DNA from: Cycas panzhihuaensis | Lineage: Eukaryota; Plantae; Cycadophyta | Direction: 5' to 3' | Assembly: GCA_023213395.1 (NCBI GenBank) | Contig: CM041465.1 | Coordinates: 147,877,741-147,941,740 of the forward strand | Length of the DNA stretch: 64,000 nucleotides | Part shown: positions 38,318 through 52,440 of the stretch, piece after piece | Layout: each line of letters starts with the position of its first letter | Numbering within the stretch: the first letter of the stretch is position 1 | Notes under the pieces: generated by a model | Databases searched by the model: none | The model's input: the letters and a program-made list of their open reading frames with translations, nothing else | Told to the model about the DNA's origin: nothing | Translations under genes and position numbers: made by a program

Positions 38318-41300
38318 CTCCATTCCCCAACTTCTCTCAACGCTTCTAATGAGAAAAAGGCCTTCTCATGAACTTATTAGATGCTTCCAAATGTTCAACA
38401 ATCCAATAGTCATGATTCTACTTACGACTTGCTCCCTTGTGAATGTATTTATTATAGTGCCTAATCTCTTAAACTCCTAATAACACAAGACACCTTCCTA
38501 TGAGGAGTCAACTTGTGGTCCCATTATCTTGAGGTCTACAAAATTCTCCCATGTGTATGCTCCACAAACTTTGAAAACCCTTCACTTCATGAGCCAATGC
38601 TTTGCAGACTACTTTTTTTCTAGCATATACTTTCCAGGACCTTGTCTTAAACTCTATTCACAATAGAGTGTTAACATGTAAAGCTCTTTCAAGTTGTCCC
38701 CTTCACAAAAATTAAACTGCATTCAAAATTTCCTAAGCCTATCACAAAATATTTGTGTATAGTGATGCTCCCCCATCATCTTCTTCTTGTTACAAAGATT
38801 TTACATGAGCTCTTTCTCATATGCTTTCTCAAACTCTTTCCATTTACTCTCATTCAAACTTCTTAGCTCTATCTCAATTCTCTAGGTGTCGTGCTCATAT
38901 AACAATCTCCTTTACTTTAAAAAATATAGATGGCATGTTCCTCCCTAGATTCCACACTTGGTTTTGCCCATAATGGCTTTGATTTTGCCTTTCTTCCTCT
39001 TTGGTATCTATTATACCCAATAAATTGTATCCTCTATTGTCCCTACTTCATCTTGATGATACTCATGTAAGTTAGAAATGTTAAACATTACGGATATATC
39101 TAACTCATCAAGTAACTCGACCTCATAAGCTTTCCCATTGAGTTTCTTCTTAATCTTATAAGGTCCCCTTTTTTTTGCACTTGAGTTTGTTATAAGAGCC
39201 CTAGGGAAATCTTTCTTTCCATAGATATACCATCATAGGATTGCCTTCACTAAACTCCTTGGGACTCTTTAATCAATCTTCCGCTTATACCTTTTGTTGT
39301 TCTATTCTAATTGTTGCCTCATAATTTCATGCACTTGCTTTAGGTTCTCAACAAGAGCTTCAACATTGTCATTTGTTCATTCTATTAGAGATAGATTCTT
39401 TAAGTCTGCTACAGTCTCAAGTTCTTTGCCATATACCACATGAAAAGGTGATTTACCTATTGAATTTTTCACCAAACTATTTTAATTAAAATAAACTTAT
39501 GGTATCACATTATGATAGTGTTTTAACTTATCTCCTGCTAGACTTCTTAGTAGATTTCTGAGGGATCTATTTACAACCTTAGCTTATCCATATGTCTATT
39601 GATGATAGACACTACTATACCAAAATTTCATTCCTAATTTCATCCACAACATTTTCCAAAAGTGGCTTAAGAATCTGGTGTCACAATTTGATGTGATTGT
39701 CCTAGGCAATCCATGTAATTGAACAATCTTCTAAAAGAATAAATTTACAACTCTGCTAGCATCACTAGTCTTTTTACAGGCAACGGAATCAGCCATTTTT
39801 AAAAACCTATTAAGAACCCTAAGGATTGAATCATTACCACCCTATGTGCATGGTAGTTCTAAGACAAAATCCATATAGATGTCAATCTATGGTCCTCTAA
39901 GAATAGGTAATGGCTTATATAAGCCTTTATTTTGACTATGCCCCTTTAATAACTGATAAATCTATCATGTTTCTACTAACTTTTCCCCTTGCTTTTACGT
40001 TCCAAGTCAATAGTATCTTTCCTTGGTAAGTTCTAATGTCTTGTCTTAGTCAAAATGGTCTTAACCTCTATTGTGTAATTCTCAGATGAAGTACCCCCTC
40101 ATGTAACTATTTGGAATGTACAGTTGTCTTTCCTTAAACAAGTAACCTTCTTATATGAAATAATCATTAAATTTATTACCATTATCCATTATTAGTTTTT
40201 TAAGACACTCCATAATATATTTATGTTAGAATGCAGAGTTATTCACATTTGGTTAATGTTTAATATTCTTCCATATTTTAATATTAGTCAAAGTAGCAAA
40301 TGCACAATTGTTAATAGTAACCTCCTAATGGAAGGTGTAAAGGCTTTATAATGTAATAGGCTCATCATGAGGTGGATTGTCTTGTAAATATGTACACACT
40401 TACTTGAGAAACCCAAGAGTAGATGGAGTAACTTTATTATGTGATTAATAAAGTGGAGTTAGCCTCCAACCTTCTTGTGGGTTTTTCTTGGTTTGGGTTT
40501 TCTACGTTTATATCTAGTGTCTTGTGGTGATTATGCATGTTCTTATATTTGATTTTGTTTTGCATAATATTTGTATACATATCTTTATGATGATATGTTT
40601 TTTGTTTAACATGGCATAGCAATGTTGTTGAGAATCCTATATTGAGAAAACTAAGTCTTAATAACTAGAAACTGCCACCAAGATCTAAACTATTTTGCAA
40701 ACTAGTTACAGGAATTGAAACTAAAATTTAACATGTAAGTTCTTAAACCAGAGATAATACAATAAATAAATTAGAAAGCCAAAGCATCACATATATACCA
40801 GATATAACGTGATAAAACTCTAATAGTGTACTAGGGAAACAACCATAGAGTATGGAAATCGATCTTTATTATCCAAGAATGAAAATATATATATAACCTA
40901 TAGCAAAATGTTTACAGTAACAACAACCAGTCGCCTATATGCCTCACAGTATATCTAATACATCAAATACCATCAACATAATGAAAAAACACCCTAAATG
41001 GGGCTATATAAGAGAGTCATACAAGGCACAATCTTGATCATCAAATCTAGGGTATTTTGAATGAACGACCTTGATTCTCTTTATAATTTAGTATGTTTTA
41101 CAGTGCTAGCTTTTTGGGTCGGGGGCTACTACCCTTGAAGCCCCTCTTTGTGAAGGGAGGGGGGGTGACACCCTCCATACCTCCTAGCCAAAGGGGGCTT
41201 CCTCCCTCTTTAGATTCTCCTGTAAAAGTTATGAGGGAAACTGTGTTGCCAACCTGTAAAAACGTTTTCCTTCAAAACATTATTCTCATATTATCTAACA

Positions 41301-41348
41301 ATCTCCACCTTAACAACAATTTACATGATACTTTTCTTAGACCATTCA

Positions 41349-44300
41349 TCACTTTTTCTGCAAACTAAAAGGAGTCAAGCACCATTTGAACTTCTCCAAT
41401 AATACTGGTTTTGTGAACATACCAACACAATTATATTTTGTGTTAACCTTCTCAAGTGCCACTCCACCTACTTCCACAACTTGTCTAACAAAATGGTACT
41501 TAAGAGCAATATGCTTTGTCCTGCTATGGTAAGTTGGATTCTTTGCTAAGTAAATGACACTTTGACTGTCAGAAAATACCTTTACCTTTTCATGTTTCCT
41601 TTCAAGCTCAACCAATAAACCCTACAACTAGGTTACTTCCTTACAAACATATGCTGCAACAATATATTCTACTTCTATAGTTGATAATACAATTGTACTC
41701 TGCAATTTTGACATCCAACTAACCAGACCATTTGCAATAGTAAACGCATAACTCGAAGTAGACCTTCTCTTATCTAAACCTCCTACAAAGTGTGAATCAA
41801 CATATCTACAAACCTAATTATCTGTACTACCAAAGGTGATACAATAGTCACTTATGCCTCTCAAATATTGAAGCATCCATTTCATTGTTACCTAATGTTC
41901 CTTTCTAGGATTTGCCATAAATTTGCTAACTACATTGACTGTATGTGAAATGTCAGGTCTTATACATACCATGACATACATCAAACTTTCTACTGCGTTG
42001 GCATAAGGTACATGAGACACATAATCCTTTTCTTCTTCACTACTAGGACTCATCCTCGAAGAAATCTTGAAATGGGAAGCCAATAGATACTAACTGTTTT
42101 CACATTTACCATACCAAATATGGTTAGCACCTTCTCCATATATTTCTGTTGTGATAACCATAGCTTACTATTTTTCTTGTTTCTATATATCTCTATGGCT
42201 AAGATTTGTTTTACAGCTCCTAGATCCTTCATATCAAAAGTCCTAGCTAATTGAACCTTTAATTTGTTGATTTCTGCTATATTCTTTCTTGCAACCAGCA
42301 TGTCATCGACATATAATACCAAGATAATAAGTTGTTGTCCAAGAATTTAAAGTAAACACAATGATCATACTCACTTCTTTTGAAATTTTGACTCTCCATG
42401 AAGGCATCAAACTTCCCATACCATTGCCTAGGTGATTGCTTTAGGCTATACAATAATTTACTAAGCCTGCAAACAAGTCCTTTTTGCCATCCTGTACAAA
42501 CCCTTTTGGCTAATCGATATAGATCTCTTCATCTAAATCTCCATGCAGATTTTTTTTTTTACATCTAACTGCTCCCACTTCAAATTAAAGGAAGCTACCA
42601 ATGCTAACATAATCCGAATTGAAACAAGTTTAACAACTGGTGAAAAAATCTCATGAAAATTAATACTTGCTTTCTATGCAAAGCCTTTAGCCACCAGTCT
42701 TGCCTTATATTTGTTAACATTTCCATCAATATCTATTTTCTTCTTAAAAACCCACCTACAACCAATAGTCTTCCTGCCATGTGGAAGTTCTACCAAGTCC
42801 TATGAATTATTTTTCTTCAAAGCATCTATCTCTTTCTACATAGCCCTTTTCCACTTTTCACTATAGATATCATCTACTGCTTTCTGATAGCATGCAGGCT
42901 CACCATCATTAGAAACCAAAGTAATAGAAATAGAAAGGTTATACCTGTCAGGTGGATGACTAACTCATATAGATCTTCTAATAGTTGGTGGATGAGTGTC
43001 TATATACTTCTGCAAGTCTGCTACAGTTTCATCTTAAAAAAATACTTCCTGCATTTCCATTTTCAAAGATGGTTGGGTTTCAAGCTTGACCTATTGATGT
43101 TCAACTTTTTGTTCTTGTTTCACTTCAACTTCTACATTATCTAATTTTAGAAATGGAGATTCATCAAATGTAACATCTCTGTTAATAGTGATTTTGTGGG
43201 CAGTAAGATCTCACAACCTATATTCCTTCATGCCATCTCTATCACCATAACCAATAAAGATACATCTCTTGGATTTTAGGTCTAACTTTGAATGTTGACT
43301 TTTATTAGTCAAGGCATAAATATCACAACAAAAAACTTTTAAATTTGAATAGTCACATGGATGTCTAGTCTATATCTCTTCAAGAATCTTGCAGTTTATT
43401 GCAAGAGATGGTGACATATTTACCAAATAATAAGTTGTTTGAACAACTTTTGCCCATGAACCCTACTTCACTTCTGCATTACTCAGCATGCTTCTTGCTC
43501 TTTCCAAAAGTGTTGTGTTCATGCACTCAACTATGCCACTCTACTATGGAGTATAGCTAGTGGTCCTATACCTTTCGACCCAAACTTCTCTGCAATAGTT
43601 CTCAAACTCCAAAGAGTTGAACTCATCTCTATTGTTAATTCTTAAACATTTGATTGATCTATCGATACTCTTTTCAACTAGAGCCTTGAATTGCTTAAAC
43701 ACACTAAAAACTTTAGATTTTTTTTTTGAAAAATAGACCCATACCTTTATGGAATAATCATCTATAAATGTGTCAAAGTATAATGATCCTCTATAAGATA
43801 TTGTAGGGGCTGGTCCTCACACATCCAAATGCACATAATCCATAACACTTTTACTAGTGTGATTCCCTACTTTAAACCTAAGTCTACACTGCTTTCTAAA
43901 AATATAATGTTTTCAAAAAGTTAAATATGAGAGCTATAATTTATGAAGTAATTTATAGTTTATCAGCACCTTAAGTCCTCTCTCACTCATGTGCCTAAGT
44001 CTCTGATACCATAACTGAGTTGGATCTTCTACAATCTTTGATGTTGTAGCTATATGGTTGACATCTGTACTTCCCACCAAAATTTAAAGGTTTCCTTTCT
44101 TTAAGGCTTTCATAACAACCAAGGTGCCCTTTGATACCTTCAAGACTCCTTCATGGCCTATGTACTTATAACCATAAGAATCTAGTTCACCCAAGAAAAT
44201 CATATTCCTTTTTAGATCATGTACATGTCTAACTTCAGTGAATGTTCTCACTTCACCATCGAACATTTTAATTTTAATACTACCAATATCCACTATTTTA

Positions 44301-45521
44301 TAGGAAACTTCATTTCCTATAAGCACATCACCACCATCAAGAGGTTGGTATGATGAAAACCAACTCTTGTGTGGACGCATATGGTGTGAAGCACTCAAAT
44401 CTAATAACCAATCATGATGATAATGGAAAATATTACAAGCAACCAAGATATCATCATCTATACCTTGATTTGACTCTACCTAGTTAACCTCCTTGGTAGG
44501 ATCTTATTTTTTCTAGAACTCCGTTCTTTTGTAGTAATCCTTCTTCAGGTGACTTGTCTTATTGCAGTGCTAACATCTGAGCTTACTCTTCTTGCCTTTT
44601 GACTTTGATCTCGATGTGTCTCTAGAGCTTTGTCCTCTCTGAATCATTCTACCCTTTGATATTATAACTTCTAGTGTGGAGGTTTCAAGACTGGACTTCC
44701 TTCTTATCACGGGCCATCATTACACCAAAAGCCCCAGGGTGATTTGGGAAGAGGACTACCTTGTGATAGTTAGCATCACACGCTCCAACGCTCCTCTATC
44801 ACGAGGAGTTGGTTGTACCTACATAGCATGCATATCCACCACGACGTTCCTCGACGCCACCTCCAACACCTTCATGTATCTTTGGGTCCGCTACCCTGGG
44901 GTGATTTAGGAAGAGGGCTTCCTCATGATAGTTAGCGTCATGCGCTCTAACACTCCTCACCTCTTCCATCAGCAAAGAACTCACAACAGAATCACAGTCT
45001 AATTCATCTGTAGTGCTAAAATTAATTGAGATAACAATATTATCCTAAGATTCTGATAATGAACATAATAAGGTAACAGCCTTGTCCTCATTCTCAATCA
45101 TGACATTGATACTAGCCAACTAACAAATAAGAGTATTGAAAATATTTAAATGATCAAGAATTTTTTTACCTTCCTTCATTTGCAACGAGTACAGTTGCCT
45201 TTTTAAGAAGAATTGATTTGTAACTGATTTGGTCATGTACAAGCATTCCAATCGAGTCCATAATCCTATTGTTGTCTTCTCCCCTGTGATGTTAAATAGA
45301 ACATCATTTGCCAAGTACAATCGTATTGTGTTAAAAGCCATTTTGTCTAGATTATTCCATTTGTCATCGTCCATCCCTGTGGGTTTCTTCGATTTGCTTG
45401 CTAGAGTTCTGTACAATCCCTATTGTACCAGAACATCATACACTTTCAGCTTCTACAACTCAAAATTGTTCTTGCTATTGAATTTCTCCACCTCAAACTT
45501 TGCATTCGTTAGTTTTACCAT
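41349..45521 (-). pseudogene. Copia-A2 gag-pol (decayed)
   Basis: Collinear with A1: WLLDLSASHHM, LYVDDMLV, HSRTKHIALKYHFVR. Confidence 0.94.
44705..44952. other. 248-bp GC-rich insertion in Copia-A2 gag
   Basis: Absent from A1 at ~6550. Flanked by CTTCT/CTCCT, ends TA...CA, and has an internal direct repeat at 44732-44795 and 44894-44957. Confidence 0.8.
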
Positions 45522-48500
45522 TTAGTGCAGAAAAAGCTAACACTAAAACCTTCACAAACTCACTGCAAAAATAAAAGTGGCTCTGATACCACTTGTTAAG
45601 AAAACTAGGTCTTAATAACCAAAAACTGCCACCAAGATCTAAACTATTTTGCAACTAGTTGCATGAATTGAAATTGAAATTTAATATGCAAGTTCTTAAA
45701 CCAGAGATAATACAATAAATAAATCAGAAAGCCAAAGCATCACATATACATCAGATATAACATGGTGAAACCCGAGTAGTGTTCTAGGGAAACATCCACA
45801 TAGGAAAGATATCAATATTTATTATCCAAGAATAGAGAAATATACATAATTTGTAGTAGAATGCTCACAGTAATAACAACCAATCATCTTTACTCTTCAT
45901 AGTACATCGAATACATCAAACATCATCAACATAATGAAAAAACACCCTAGATCAGGCTATATGAGAGAGTCATACAAGGCACAAATCTTGACTATCAAAT
46001 CTGGGGTATTTTGAATGAACAACTCTGGCTAAGGGGGAATCTTGCCCCTCTTGGATACCCCCGTAGAAGTTAAGGGGGAAAACCGCACTGCCAACCTATC
46101 AAAATTTTTGCCTCCAAAACATTGTTGTCATGTTATCTAACATCCTAAAGCTATGATTGGTTAGTTTGTATTTAACAGGTAATATGAGAAGGTGTTTTTT
46201 TGCACTATGTTTTAACATTTGGTATCAGAGCCAATAACACTAAAGGTTCAAATGTGGAGAACTTATCTGAGACGGGTTGTTAGGCATGTTGATTTAGAGC
46301 CTGCATATGCAAGTTTGTCACATGCAGTTCTATTGCATATTGGATATGCGTTGAAGCAAGAGCACCTGGAGCATGTTGATATCATTGGAGTTGTGTAGCA
46401 GATGAAAGATCCAATATTGAGACAATGTTTGAATCATAGAGTTAGTATGAGTTTGTAGAAGGAACCTACTAAAGAGGGTTTAATAAGCCAAGGTTCTGCC
46501 AGAGGTTATGCCTATAGATGTGACTAGAAGTTGTGTGAAGACAAGTATTGCAAGAGTTGTATAGTTTGACTTTATTTATTATTTATAGACATTTATTAGC
46601 ATGTTGTGTGCATAGTTTTCCTGGTTGTGCAAGAGGAGAACCTATTGAACATAAAATACAATTTGCTAGTTGTTGAAAGGTGGAGTAGTTGGAGAAGACC
46701 AAAATGACATTCCTGTTTAATTATTGTTGGTAACATAGGAAGAGATTCTAGGAGAGTCTATTGAATACAATGAACGTGGAATGATTAAGTTTGAATTTGC
46801 AGATCAGAACCCTACAATTGTAGTTGAGGCTCTATAAGATTGATCACTTCACTAGACTTCAGGTTTAGCAACATATTAGTTGTTAATTGGTGATATCTCT
46901 CTTACTTAGATGATTTTTTTTTGTTCACCAATTTGTGAATGTTATTCCAATAGTGTTTGCTATTGAGAGATGGCCACTTGGAGTGGTACATGGTTTCATC
47001 ATATTGTGGTAGATACAACAAGTTGATATAGTGAGCTACTACTCCGTGATGTGAAACAAGTAGTTTACTTGTGAGGTGAGAAGTGACTTTGTGACACTCT
47101 TCATAAGTTTGACAATGAGATGAGGTATGTTGATAATGATAACTATTGTTGTAATGTTTTTTTATATAGACAAGAGGATAAATGCATGGTTGCATGCATG
47201 TGAGAGACATGCATGATATCATATGTTACATGATGAAGGTATGGCAGTTGTGATTTGATGGCATGATGATCAATTATGAAGAATACTGATGACATAATTT
47301 GATTTATATTGTAAATACGAAGCCATGTTTTTTGTCAGTCTAGTGATGTGTTTTTTACAGGTATATTTATCTTGATTGATGATTGATGTAAGGTCACATG
47401 AGGGCATAATGTTCACATTATGACTATTTTGTTCTGGTTTGACTTCGTTTGAGCTGAATCATTATTGTTTTGCTAATTTGCATGTGGTACCACATGCAAA
47501 TAAGACGATGTTCGTTTCACTAACTCACTGATGCAATGAACAATGAACTGCCACCGTGGAGCCAAGTCCATTCAACAGTGTTTGGAGCTCACTTGGTCCC
47601 TATTTCCTCTATTTACACCATCTAGTTGATAGAATCATGGTTAAAAAAATATCAATGGTTGAAACCCTAGCTAAGGAGTTGTTCGTGGAAGTATGACTGC
47701 CTACAATGGTGAAAGATACGACTATGGATGCTTTGGAAACCCTTTACATAATGGTACTACCTACAAATGGAGTTAGAGTAATAGTCATGTGTAGAAAAAT
47801 GAATGCAATGAGAGGATCCCTATAGAAGGAGAGTTGTTAAACCCTATGCATGGGATAGATAGTTGAAGAACACACAATTATTATGTTATAGGTAAGAGGC
47901 AGTTGGCCAGTTGTTCATAGGGTTTACAACTAGATACAAATAATAGGAAATCCTTTCATGGAAGGTCTGTGTAGTTGAAAGGAGATCCATGTGGAGGAGA
48001 TAAGAATTGCCATCAATGAAGAAGATTGTCTATTGGAAGAGCATCTTAGAGGATCGCCCGTGTGAAGAGGTGTCTGCATGGAGAGAAAGTTGTTCAAATG
48101 TTGCCCACAGTAGAAGAATTTGTGACTAAAGATGAGATCCTACACAGATGCATTTGTAGTTTGAAGGAGAACAGAGCAAGGAGGAGGATAACTAGTCATA
48201 GTTATCTGTTGAATAGATCTTATGCTCAATCAAGGAGGAATAGTTGCCCTCTATTGTGAAATTATGTGAAGAATGAAATAACGAAAGAAGGGTGCACCTG
48301 TGTAAGTCACCATAAAAGAAGATTACTCATTGAAAATGAGCCATGCAATTCGTATGAACATAAAGGATGATGATGTAGAGGCTTTATGAGGAAATGCATC
48401 TATGCTTTGATCGATTAGATGAATTTTCTCTCTAGTTCATCCATGAATTAGCGTGTAAAGGAATGATCATTTTTTACATAGCATACAAAAATTGTAAATG

Positions 48501-49848
48501 TTTGATCAAATTTAATTGGATTTGATAATGTTGTGATATTTGTGAAGCATAAGACAATAGCAAGTGGCCACATGAGTTGATCAACACAAGTGGGAGCTTC
48601 GTATAAAAGGGGTTAATGAGATTTTTTAAGTTGCGTTCATTTTTGAATGACATACTATCATTGTTTTGACCGTAATTTTTCATTGAGATGTTGGGTTGAG
48701 GTGTCAATAGTTGGAAAGAGCACTTTGAGACGACCAAAATAAGTGGTTGCAAGACATGTTTTAGAAATTGCATAGTACAAATTTTAATTAATAAAGTTCG
48801 TCAAAGTGGTTTTGACAAGTGATAAAGTGCAATTTTCTAGTATTTTGACAATTGGTCTAACATATTTTATGGTTTTAAAGGCTCATGAATACATTTAATG
48901 ATGTAAATGGCTACTTGTTGGCAATTGGAAACAAGTTTTCATTAGAAGTGCATGCATTAAGGCTTATTAATGACAGTTTGAGGCTCAGTTTATGATGTGA
49001 TTTAAGAGGGATGTTGAAAATTCCCTTGGATATGCTTTAGTTTTGATGTAGTGATGCCAGGCACTCATCAAATAATATTTATTTTACACAAATGGTTTAT
49101 TTCACCACCTGGTTGATGTTAAAGGCCTTGGTTACCTGATGACTCTTGGTTTAATATTAGTTTATTTCACCTGATATGAGATAGTGTAATTTTATATGTT
49201 TAAGCATCGGGTATAGATTCATTAATGGAGAGGCAGTACTTAGAGACCACATATGCATCTGTGTAGAGTCGTTGATAGAGGCAACACAAGCAAGAGTGCA
49301 AATTCATTGATAGAGGTAACACATACTTAAAGAGTGGAAGTGTTGGTTGCAACTTTGCAAGTGAAGGATATGGAATTGTTCAGACCTGTCATCTTATCAC
49401 ATGGTTATACTTGGAGAACCATTTTTGATTGTTTGTTCCATGGTTTAGTAGATGGAGTTGAGGGTCTTCTAGTTAGATTTGTCTCCTCGAGGTGTAGGAT
49501 ATCCAGAAGCAGGTAGAGTGGGAGCAAGAAAAAACTACATGTGTTGATGGACCATATACAAAGAAGCCCATTCCATCAAACTGGCTAGTGCATTAGCTTG
49601 CATTCAATATTGAACCAATTTGTGACATGGTTAAGGAGATGACTTCATATGGCATGACATGTTGAGTCATGGCTATAAGTGGTTAATTAGTTTTATGATT
49701 TGGTTGATTTCATGATAAAGCCAATGCCTTGTGATGACAGGTCGCACTTGCAGGAGGCAAGCATATTTATCATATAGGATCCAACATAGATACAAAGTTA
49801 GGACTCGTAAACTTGAAGATTATACATATTAAACATTAAGGGGGAGAT

Positions 49849-50338
49849 TGTTGGAATGTGGAGTTACTCATATTTGGTTCATGTTTAATGTTCTTTCATA
49901 TTTTAATATTGGTCAAAGTGGAAAAATACACAATTGTTAATGGTAACCTCCTATTAGAAGGTGTAAAGGCTTTATAAATGTGATAGGCTCATCATAAGGT
50001 GGATTGTCCTATAAATATGTACACACCCACTTGAGAAACATGAGAGTGGAAGAAGTAACTTTATTACGTGATTAATAGAGCAGAGTTAGCCTCCAACTTT
50101 CTCCTATGGTTTTTCCCTTATTTGGGTTTTCCATGTTTATATTTGGTTTCTTGTGGTGATTATGCATGTTCTTCTATTTGATCTTGTTTTGTATAATGTT
50201 TGTGTACATATCCTTATAATGATATTTTTTATGTTTAATATAGCGTAGCAATGTTGTTAAGAATCTTGGACCTATGATTGGCTAGTTTGTGTTTAACAGG
50301 TGGTACGAGAAGGTGTTTTCTTGTACTATGATTTAACA
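49849..50338 (+). repeat. LARD 3' LTR (490 bp)
   Basis: Matches 40224-40639 joined to 46148-46217. Confidence 0.92.
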
Positions 50339-51631
50339 GTCTAAAGTCCTTATCCTCTGTGTACATATATTTAATCACTTCAAATTCCTTAACCTCATGG
50401 GCTATAGTTACTAGAAGTGTTGTCCTTTTTCTTAACACATCTACAACTTGGTTTGTATTCCTTGATTTATACTTTAAGACAAAAGTATAACTCTATGGAA
50501 ATTTGATCCATTTGGCATGTCAAATACTTAACTTAGTTTAAGTACTCAATAATTTCAAAACTTGATGATTGATTTATAAAATAAATTCTTTATCCAATAC
50601 ATAAGTCCTCCAAAATTTTAAGGCTTGCACCATCACATAAAACTCTAAATCATAAGTGGAATATTTATTCTTTGCTTCTTTCAACTTCTCACTAAAAATT
50701 ATAATTGATTGTCCTTCCTAGCTTAATACGATTCTGTTTCTTACTCTTGATGCATTGCATTTTGTTTCAAATACTTTATTGAAAACAAACAATGCCAACA
50801 TCATTGCTTCAACAATCTCAACTTCAACATCTCAAAACTTATCTAGGGAATGCTCATCCATTATAATGTTTTGCCTTTGGTGCAATCAGTTAGTGGGTTT
50901 ATAATGGCACTAAAGTTTCTGATAAACTTTTGATAGAAAATAGCCATCCCATAGAAACTCATGACCCCTATTATGCTAGCCGATGTAGTTGATTCTAATA
51001 TTGCCCTTACTTTCTTTAGATCCATCTTCAGTCCTTATTGGGATATGGAAAACCTCAAGTGTATTAAACTCCTCTGAAAAAAGTTACTCTTCTTTAGGTT
51101 TACAAATAATTTCTCCCTACAAAGCACACCAAGTATCTACTACAAATGTGTCAAATGCTCCATCCTTGATTTGTTGAAAATTAGAATATCATTAAAATAT
51201 ATTATCACAAACTTACCTAGAAATGATTTCATTATCTTATTCATGAGCCTCTTGAATGTGCTTGATGTATTTAGTAGTCCAAATGGCATTACCAAGTACT
51301 TATATAATCCATCCTCTATTTTAGAGGCAGTCTTCCATTCATCTCCCTCACAAATTTAAATCTAGTAATAACCACTCCTCAAATCAGTCTTTGAAAAATA
51401 AGATGACCCAAAAAACACATCCATTATGTCATCCATCCTTGACAAAGGAAATGTATTCTTAATTGTAATGTTATTAATGGATCTCAAGTCAACACACATA
51501 CGCCACAACCCATTCTTATTTGGGGTGATAAGTGCTAAGTGATGCACAAGGGCTTAAACTCTCCCTTATCAAACTTTTCTATCAATTATTGCATTTGCTT
51601 ATTTACCTCCCCATTCTTTTAAAGACTCAAC

Positions 51632-52439
51632 TGTTGGCATTAAAATTGACTCAATGGCTGTGTGAGGACCAGAGGTAGGTCAGATAACCTGAGTTGTGCA
51701 GGTATGGACGGTACGGAGGTACGCACGAGGCAAAACGACAGAAAAATAAGCATTCTGGGTATGTATGACAGGTGCATGCAAACGGCACGCATGACAGAAC
51801 GCATTAGCGGCAGAATCCGGAACCAAACGACCTGCAGATGCATGACCTGTGGGACCGGTGAAGACCGGGAGGTGCCGACGCATTTGGACCCAAAGGAATA
51901 ATTAATTAAGGACAAACAAAGTGATTAAGTGAAGAGGTACGCATAATCAAGAGGTACGCATGATCGAGGGGTACTAAGTATGATGCATCATAACCCTTAA
52001 GCCAAAAGGTACCAAAGGAGTACTTAAGGAGGTACGCATGATTCACCGGTTAGGGTGAGAGTCGGATATCACTGCACGCAAAGGTGCAAGAAACAAGACG
52101 ATGACACCCGATTGGAGCATGAATGTATGATAAGTACTATCTGGTACGCATATGTAACAGTATGATCAGATGTCACTGGAATGCATTCCACTCGTAAATG
52201 AACTGTTGAATTAATAAAAGGAAGAGTTACATGGGAATTGGTGTATTCTTGGTGTTGCGATGATGATTTACTGAAGTATGTATTGATTGCATCATCGTGT
52301 ACCATTCTGCGAATTATATATGGAATGTATGTGAATAACCATGTTGATAGTATCCTAAAACTAGACTATAGCGCTGTGTAACCTTGACAAGTGAGCAGAG
52401 GTGTCTCGTAAGTGTAACAAGGCACCCCAGCAGTCAACA
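51632..52439 (+). repeat. Gypsy-G 5' LTR (808 bp)
   Basis: Runs tgttggcattaaaattgac...cagtcaaca. Confidence 0.95.
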
Positions 52440-52440
52440 T

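Larger units (their letters stand above)
40640..46142 (-). mobile_element. Copia-A2: full-length decayed relative of Copia-A1
   Basis: LTRs 40640-41300 and 45594-46142, TSD TCCTA (40635-40639 and 46143-46147), PBS 45580-45591, PPT complement 41301-41310. Confidence 0.96.
40224..50338 (+). mobile_element. LARD-like non-autonomous LTR element
   Basis: 5' LTR 40224-46217 (split by Copia-A2, ~486 bp rejoined), 3' LTR 49849-50338, PBS tggtatcagagcc at 46220, PPT aagggggaga, decayed TSD ATTTA/GTCTA. The 3.6-kb interior has no gag/pol motifs. Confidence 0.88.

Noticed and set aside
44705-44952. Cassandra TRIM / 5S rRNA-derived sequence, or a CRISPR-like repeat-spacer unit
   Set aside because: I see no match to 5S rRNA on either strand. 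There are only two repeats, in a eukaryotic context with no cas genes.
46902-49516. Short ORFs in the LARD interior, and similarly at 24376-25543, as host genes
   Set aside because: They have no recognisable domains or exon structure and lie inside LTR elements. Probably chance ORFs.
51640-52305. ORFs within the Gypsy-G LTRs (also 61354-61588)
   Set aside because: Indels change the frames between the two LTR copies, so they are not conserved.
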